DNA of 52,605 nucleotides, taken from NCBI RefSeq assembly GCF_001194135.2, contig NC_068988.1, positions 15,416,979-15,469,583 on the forward strand. Direction: 5' to 3'. The DNA comes from Octopus bimaculoides (lineage: Eukaryota). The position numbers were made by a program, and so were the translations under genes. A model generated the notes under the pieces. It saw only the letters and a program-made list of their open reading frames with translations. It had not been told where the DNA came from and did no database searches. The stretch's first letter is position 1. Each line of letters opens with the position of its first letter. Positions 46,232 to 52,605 of this stretch are shown here, piece after piece.

Positions 46232-46479
46232 ATAACAACAACAACAACAATAATAACAATCCTTTCTGTTATAGGCACAAGGCCAGGAATTTGTGGGGAG
46301 GGCAAAGTCGATCACATCGACCACAGTACTCAGCTGGTACTTAATTTATCGACCCCGAATGGATGAAAGCCAAAGCTGACCTCGGCGGAATTTGAACTCA
46401 CAAAGTAAAAACAGACGAAATAGCAGTAAGCTAACGATTCTGCCAGCTCGCCGCCTTTAATAATTATACCACCACCACC

Positions 46480-46527
<48 letters not shown>

Positions 46528-46537
46528 NNNNNNNNNN

Positions 46538-46574
<37 letters not shown>

Positions 46575-46599
46575 ATAATAATAATAATAATAATAATAA

Positions 46600-47200
46600 T
46601 TGAAAGCATTCCGACGGAGTCAAACAATTTAGTGATAACATCAAAATGGAAGTTGGGCTCGATAAATATGTCAATGCTACATTTACCAAGGGAAAACTTA
46701 ACAAGCATACAACACCATTCATGACAGCGATACCGAAATAAAAGGACAGTTATAAGTATTTCGGAGAATGTGAAAGAGATGGAGTTAAACACTCACTAAT
46801 GAGAGAAAAAAAAAAAAAAGAAATGAGTGCTACCGAAGAGTAGTTGAATGCCAGACACAAAATTGAGGCCATAAACATATTGGACAAGCCTGTGATCAAA
46901 TATAGCTTCAATATTATAAACTGATCCTTTTCTGAGTGCAACAAAGCTGATGTCAAGATACGAAAACTGGTAACAATGCATCATATGCATTATACAAAAG
47001 GAGACACAGATGGAATAGAAGTCCCAAGAGAAGAAGATGGTGGAATGGTGGTTAATACAATCACAACTGTCATTCAAAATTGCAACCATGAGACGTTTTG
47101 CCTAAATGTTAGAAGCAAACGACTGGATTCTGAAGCTGGTTCTGAAACATGAAAATACCAAAAAATTGTACTCAGTGGTGGAAAACACGAAAATATACCT
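46600..47200 (+). mobile_element. R4/Dong-like RT domain fragment preceded by (ACT)n(AAT)n
   Basis: VKQFSDNIKMEVGLDK; YKYFG..E.DGVKH; LNARHKIEAIN; DVKIRKLVTMHHMH. Confidence 0.72.
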
Positions 47201-47229
47201 CGGAGGAATGCAACCAAAACGGACCCGTA

Positions 47230-47800
47230 GCCGAAGAAAATCTGTCCTCAATCTGCATTAATTGTTTAGCAATTGGGTTGCCTGAACCTATTGGAGTTGA
47301 CCATCATGAAGACCTCGATCACTCAGCCATTGCAGCACTTATTGATGAACAGAGACTGATTGCTAATGCTGTGCTTGAATCTGTTGATAGGAAGAAGAAA
47401 AGTGAGGTGCCCAACCACTTCTGTTTCTATGTAGATGCACATGGAGGTTGTGGTAATACTTATATGTTTAATACCATAATTTCTTATCTGCGAAGGAACA
47501 ACTGCAACGTGTGCAGTGGTGCTTGGACAGGCATTAACTCTACACTACTGTTAGGTGGAAAGACTATCTATAGTTTGTTCAAGTTGCTTGTCCCAATCAC
47601 GGAGGCCAGCGTTTGTAATGTACCAGCTACTTCAGACTATGCAAATCATTTATGAAACCTGGATTTGATCATCTTGGATGAAGCTTCTATGATCCCTTCA
47701 TTTGCTCATCATGTTATTGATAAAGCTTTACGAGATACCATTGGCATTGCTGCTGTTTTTGGTGGTAAAGTCGTGCTATTGTGGGAAGACTTTAAGTAAG
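47230..47800 (+). mobile_element. Helitron-type PIF1 helicase fragment (pseudogenised)
   Basis: FYVDAHGGCGNTYMFN (decayed Walker A), AWTGINSTLLLGGKTIYSLFKL, LIILDEASM, FGGKVVLL.EDF; in-frame stops. Confidence 0.85.
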
Positions 47801-47829
47801 TCCTACCCATATTGCCAAGAGGAACTTGT

Positions 47830-49100
47830 GAGGCAATTATTGAAATCTGTATTAGGCTCAATGGAAAAACCAAGATCAAGGCAATGAACGCATGGGCTGT
47901 TTCCTTAATGCGATATGGCACAGGTGTTGTTAGGTGGACAAAGAACGAGCTTGAGGAAATGGATAGGAAAACCAGAAAAGTGATGATAATTAACGATACT
48001 GACAAGCTGTATGTGCCTAGGAATAGGAGAGGGAGAGGCCTCATAAGATGTAAGATCCGTGTAGTCAACGAGAAGAACAGTCTGGGATGGTACATCAAAC
48101 AGCAGAGTGATTCTTTACTGCCGCTGTTAGAATTAACAATACAATACCTACCGAAAATGTGATGCACCCACAAACATTTAAGAAACAAGATGAAGAATGA
48201 ATAAACAATTGGAGAATGAAATCATTGCATGGGCAATACTTCAGAGAAATCGAAGGAAAAGTCAAGGCCAACACTTGGAGATGGCTAAGAAAAAGTGATC
48301 TGAAAGGATGCACTGAGACATTGATATGCAGCACCCAGGAACAAGCTCTGAGAACTAATTACACCAAGTTCCAGATAGATACGAGTAGTGAATCGCCTCT
48401 TTGTAGGATATGTGGTAGCAAAAACGACCCAAAAGCACTACAAAAGGAAACACGATAACGTGGCTAAGTTTGTCCACTGGAGGCTATGTGAAAAGTACGG
48501 CCTGGATAGAGCACGGAAATAGTACGAACATGAACCAGAAAAAGTCACCAAGAACAAGGAATATAAGATGCTGTGAGATTTTACAACCCAATGTGACTCC
48601 CTAATCGATGCTCGGAGACCGGATATTGGTGTGCTAGATAAAGGGGAAAAGGAAACCAAAATTATAGATATTGCAATACCTGGGGGGATGTACGCATAAG
48701 TGATAAAGAAAAGTGATAAAGAAAAGATTGAAAAATACAGACTACTAAAAGACGAAATTGCAAGAATGTGGACTATGAAGAGAGTGTCTGTCATTCCAGT
48801 AGCTGTAGGGGGCACTCGGAGCACTAACAACCAAGCTCAAGAAATATGTTAGCGAAATTGGAATTGACATGAGAGCATAGCAAGCCAAAAAGAAAAAAAA
48901 ATGATAAAACTGCTCTGCTGGGGACAGCTAGGATTTTGATATTGGTACTTAGATGTTGAATGTCTCTCCCACAATAATTAACAAACAACCAAGTATGAAA
49001 GCTTATAATGTGCGGAAAGAGACCCTGTGAGACCTCTGACAGCAGGCTGCTGTCCGCTCTCACAGAATCAACTAAAGCAAACGAGATGAATGCTTTGAGA
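47830..49100 (+). mobile_element. R4/Dong-like fragment (RT thumb, CCHC, REL endonuclease, 3'UTR)
   Basis: LNGKTKIKAMNAWAVSLMRY; KSLHGQYF; QEQALRTNY; CRICGSK; HDNVAKFVHW; RRPDI; IIDIAIP; TALLGTARIL. Confidence 0.87.
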
Positions 49101-50834
49101 AGTAAAACAACAACAACATTAATCCTTTCTACTAAAGGCACAAGGCCTGTAATTTTTGGTGAAGGGACTAGTTGATTTCATCGACCCCAGTGTTTCACTA
49201 GTACTTAATTTATCGATCCCGAGAGGATGAAAGGCAAAGTCAGCCTCAGCGGAATTAGATCTCAGAACGTAAAGGCGGATGAAATGATGCTCAGCATTAT
49301 GCCAGTTCGCCACCTTCTTTTGAAAAGGATAACATCAGCTTGAACTTTTCCAGTGATACAATTAACAAGAATAGCAACAACAACAGCAACAACAACAGAA
49401 AAAGCCACAGCAAAGCCTGCACACATACCAACACATTTGCCAAATGAAAATATTGGAGCAAAACCTCAGTCGAGCAACAAAGATAAAGCAGACCCCCGCC
49501 TATTACAAACAGGTATTAGATATGAAACACTTGGCTGAACAAAAATTTGCTAAGCAGAGTCATGTAACCAGAAGAAGCATCTCCGTCAGAGTTCTTTTTT
49601 TTTTTAATATAAGAGCGAGAGATAAGAATGTCATGGTTCTCTGCATCACCAGAACTGATTTTTCAAGAAACATTTGAAGGTAGCCATTGTGGATGTGTGT
49701 CGCGATATCTTCTCTGTCGGTTGGAGTAGGGCTTTGTCTAAAAGCTGAGGACAAGGTAAAGAAGCAAGCTGATGACTCTTGAAGACCACAAAGCTATTCC
49801 AGTGATGAGCCCTATAGAGGCTGTGGAAGAAAAGGTCATGAGACTGATGCAAAATCGAAGGCTAAGAGGTTGCACGCATGGCCGTAAGAGCCGCTTGAGA
49901 GAATTGTACGTGGAAGGACTTCAAAAACAGAGAAAAAGGGAACCATGAAGATGGTAGTGAAAAAAATGGAAGACGACGAAAGTTACTGTTTTTAGGGTAC
50001 TGCTGGGCGCAGCACCGAGGATGATGGAAAATCATGCCTCATTCACAATCTCAGATGTCGATGATAAAGAAGATGACGACCTGTAAACTGAGGATTCTAT
50101 CCTCAGTAATACTACTACCTCGGCCTGAAATGATGGAGAGAATACGGAGGATGAGCAGAGCATCATACAATCAGGAACACTGGAAACAAAAATGGAACAG
50201 AAATAATAATAAGGATGAGCCCTGACAGAAAGCATGTTAAACAAATAAAGAGAACACACTCAGGATGACAACATTCAGGATCGTACGAATACAAAGCAAT
50301 TCCTTGCGCTAAGAAGGTGCACTGGACAGCACTTCCTCCTTACTATTCAATGGTGCACCCTCAGATTTACAGTGGTACACTTATTTCGAAACTTCACTTA
50401 AGCATTAGTGCCCACGCAGAATATTCTGAAGCATCCTCGGGTACTAAAGTCTGACGACAGGTCTGCTTTCTGAGCAAAAGTGAACGTTTGAAGGTTGATT
50501 CTAATGGCGATCTACGGCTGATGGGGAAGAAATAGGGCAGCTCAAAGGAGAATATTGGTGAAGACTACACCAATGGCCTATCATACCATGAAACTAATAT
50601 TCCGGTAGGTGTTGGTTACTCTAAACAACATTTAACAAAATATTCCTGCATCGAATAAACATTAACTAGACATGTTAATGTAAAAGTTACGTTTGCCAAA
50701 GTTCTTAGTTTCGTTTGGCAAACCTCACATTCATGAGATTTCAAATACTTAATGTGTAACTAATTTTGGTTTTTCCTGCTTGGTGTTAGGATTTTTATGC
50801 CATAATTTTCCTTGTAATTCCGAGAAGAGTTTTT

Positions 50835-51092
50835 GTTTGTTGGCACTCCGTCGCTTACAACGTCGAGGGTTCCAGTTGATCCGATAAACGGAACAGCCTG
50901 CTCGTGAAATTAACGTGCAAGTGGCTGAGCACTCCACAGACACGTGTACCCTTAACGTAGTTCTCGGGGATTTTCAGCGTGACAAGGCTGGCCCTTTGAA
51001 TTACAGGCACAACAGAAACAGGAAGTAAGAGTGAGAGAAAGTTGTGGTGAAAGAGTACAGCAGGGTTCGCCACCATCCCCTGCTGGAGCCTC
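50835..51092 (-). mobile_element. SINE family A, head lost in the gap
   Basis: Near-identical to the other copies. Confidence 0.88.
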
Positions 51093-52310
51093 NNNNNNNN
51101 NNNNNNNNNNNNNNNNNNNNNNNNNNNNNNNNNNNNNNNNNNNNNNNNNNNNNNNNNNNNNNNNNNNNNNNNNNNNNNNNNNNNNNNNNNNNNNNNNNNN
51201 NNNNNNNNNNNNNNNNNNNNNNNNNNNNNNNNNNNNNNNNNNNNNNNNNNNNNNNNNCTGAAAAAGAGTGACCCCCGCCCAAAAAAACAAAAAACAAAGA
51301 AAAAACAATTTTATGCGTGGAGTGGGAAGAAGTCTGTTTATCTCTAATTTTAGAGATAAATGCGTTTGTTTATCGTGTGGCGGTATTGTTGCATTATCAG
51401 AAAGAAAAAAGAAATACTGAATGTTACCTTTAGTCTAACCACAGAGTTTTAATAACTACTTACTCAAATCTAAAATAAACGCACAAAAACAAATCAACTA
51501 AAATTAAATCTATTTAGCGTCCTGTTTTTATTAGAAACGTGGTAAAAACTCTTGTTGCTTCTTTTAAAATGATTTGCTCACCAAAAAGAATAAAGAAAAA
51601 ATTCCTGGAGAGTGAGATGTTAAACGATACTCTTCTGGATAGTGATGATTCCATGTATTTTACGAATTTTCTAACAAACATAAGAATATGTTAGTAATAC
51701 AATACTTGAAGTTAAATATAGCAGTGTTACGAGTTGAATTCATGAAATGTCGAGTAACATGTAAAATCGGTTTCTGTGCAAGTTGATGAGTAAATAGATG
51801 TAGCAGTCTCATAGCCTTTCTTTCCGCTCCTTTCACGGAGCTCAGCTCTGGAAGAGCTGTAATTAGATTGGTATTTAGTGATTTCACTACGAAAGAAGAG
51901 CAAGCAAAATATTACCTATGAAAGGGAAAACAACAGGTATAGTTATTTACAACATACTCAAGCCACAGGTTTCCCTCATGTTACGGAAACGATGTACTCT
52001 GGGAAATCGTACTAGATTGTGGTGTTCTATAGCGCGAAACTCAAGTCGACATTGAAGTCAGTGAAGCAAAAATCGAAAAGGAAATGCATTTCACGTTACG
52101 GAATGTCATGTTACAGAATGTCACGTAACAGCATGATTTTCATCGACGCAGCACTTCCGTAAAGAGTGGGCTACTAAACAAGGTAACTGGTAGAGGCACC
52201 AGTAAGGATTTGTAGTATCAAATTTTACTATGTCCTATATTTCATGTACTCAACTACTTACTTTGTGTTTCGTTCTAAAATGGCTGCAGGTGATAACACT
52301 AAGCAGATTT

Positions 52311-52605
52311 GTTGTTGGCACTCCGTTGCTTACGACGACGAGGGTTCCAGTTGATCCGATCAACGGAACAGCCTGCTCGTGAAACTAACGTTCAAATGGC
52401 TGAGCACTCCACAGACACGTGTACCCTTAACGTAGTTCTCGGAGATATTCAGCGTGACACAGTGTGACAAGGCTGACTCTTTGACTTACAGGCACAACAG
52501 AAACAGGAAGTAAGAGTGAGAGAAAGTTGTACAATACAGCAGGGTTCGCCACCATCCCCTGCCGGAGCTTCGTGGAGCTTTAGGTGTTTTCGCTCAATAT
52601 ACACT
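52311..52605 (-). mobile_element. SINE family A, truncated by the window edge
   Basis: Near-identical to the other copies. Confidence 0.88.

Noticed and set aside
47149-47655. 168-aa ORF as a host PIF1 helicase gene
   Set aside because: Walker A is degenerate (GGCGNT), there is an in-frame stop before the DEASM motif, there are no introns, and it is embedded among TE fragments; a Helitron relic.
1951-51308. Long ORFs in the track made mostly of X, and ORFs of poly-YI, ER, S, T, Y or I
   Set aside because: They run through N gaps or microsatellites and are not evidence of coding sequence.

Overview
AT-rich, microsatellite- and transposon-dense animal genomic DNA with many N gaps. The SINE families and repeat landscape suggest a coleoid cephalopod such as Octopus (inference, not a database result). 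Most ORFs in the supplied track are artefacts of repeats or gaps. Two real genes were assembled by hand from splice sites. (1) A complete 10-exon WD40 gene on the minus strand (39002 to 10116, 1104 nt CDS, 367 aa), recognisable as PAK1IP1/Mak11, a 60S biogenesis factor. (2) The last three exons of a CIB-family (calcium- and integrin-binding) EF-hand gene on the plus strand (7368-9895). The genes are tail-to-tail with back-to-back poly(A) signals, so their 3' ends probably overlap. Introns and the 39.3-52.6 kb intergenic region are filled with several tRNA-derived SINE families, RTE 3' ends carrying a ~62-bp minisatellite, six R4/Dong-like REL-endonuclease retrotransposon fragments mostly tied to (TAA)n, Tx1/L1, Penelope-like, Tc1/mariner, hAT, Helitron and Helentron remnants, and a GG-terminal MITE family with 8-bp TSDs. 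No rRNA, genuine tRNA or CRISPR was seen. I found no unambiguous new multi-gene system. The best leads are the interlocked 3' ends of the two genes, the dsRNA-forming structures around PAK1IP1 exons 8-9, and the MITE family that carries a telomeric palindrome.
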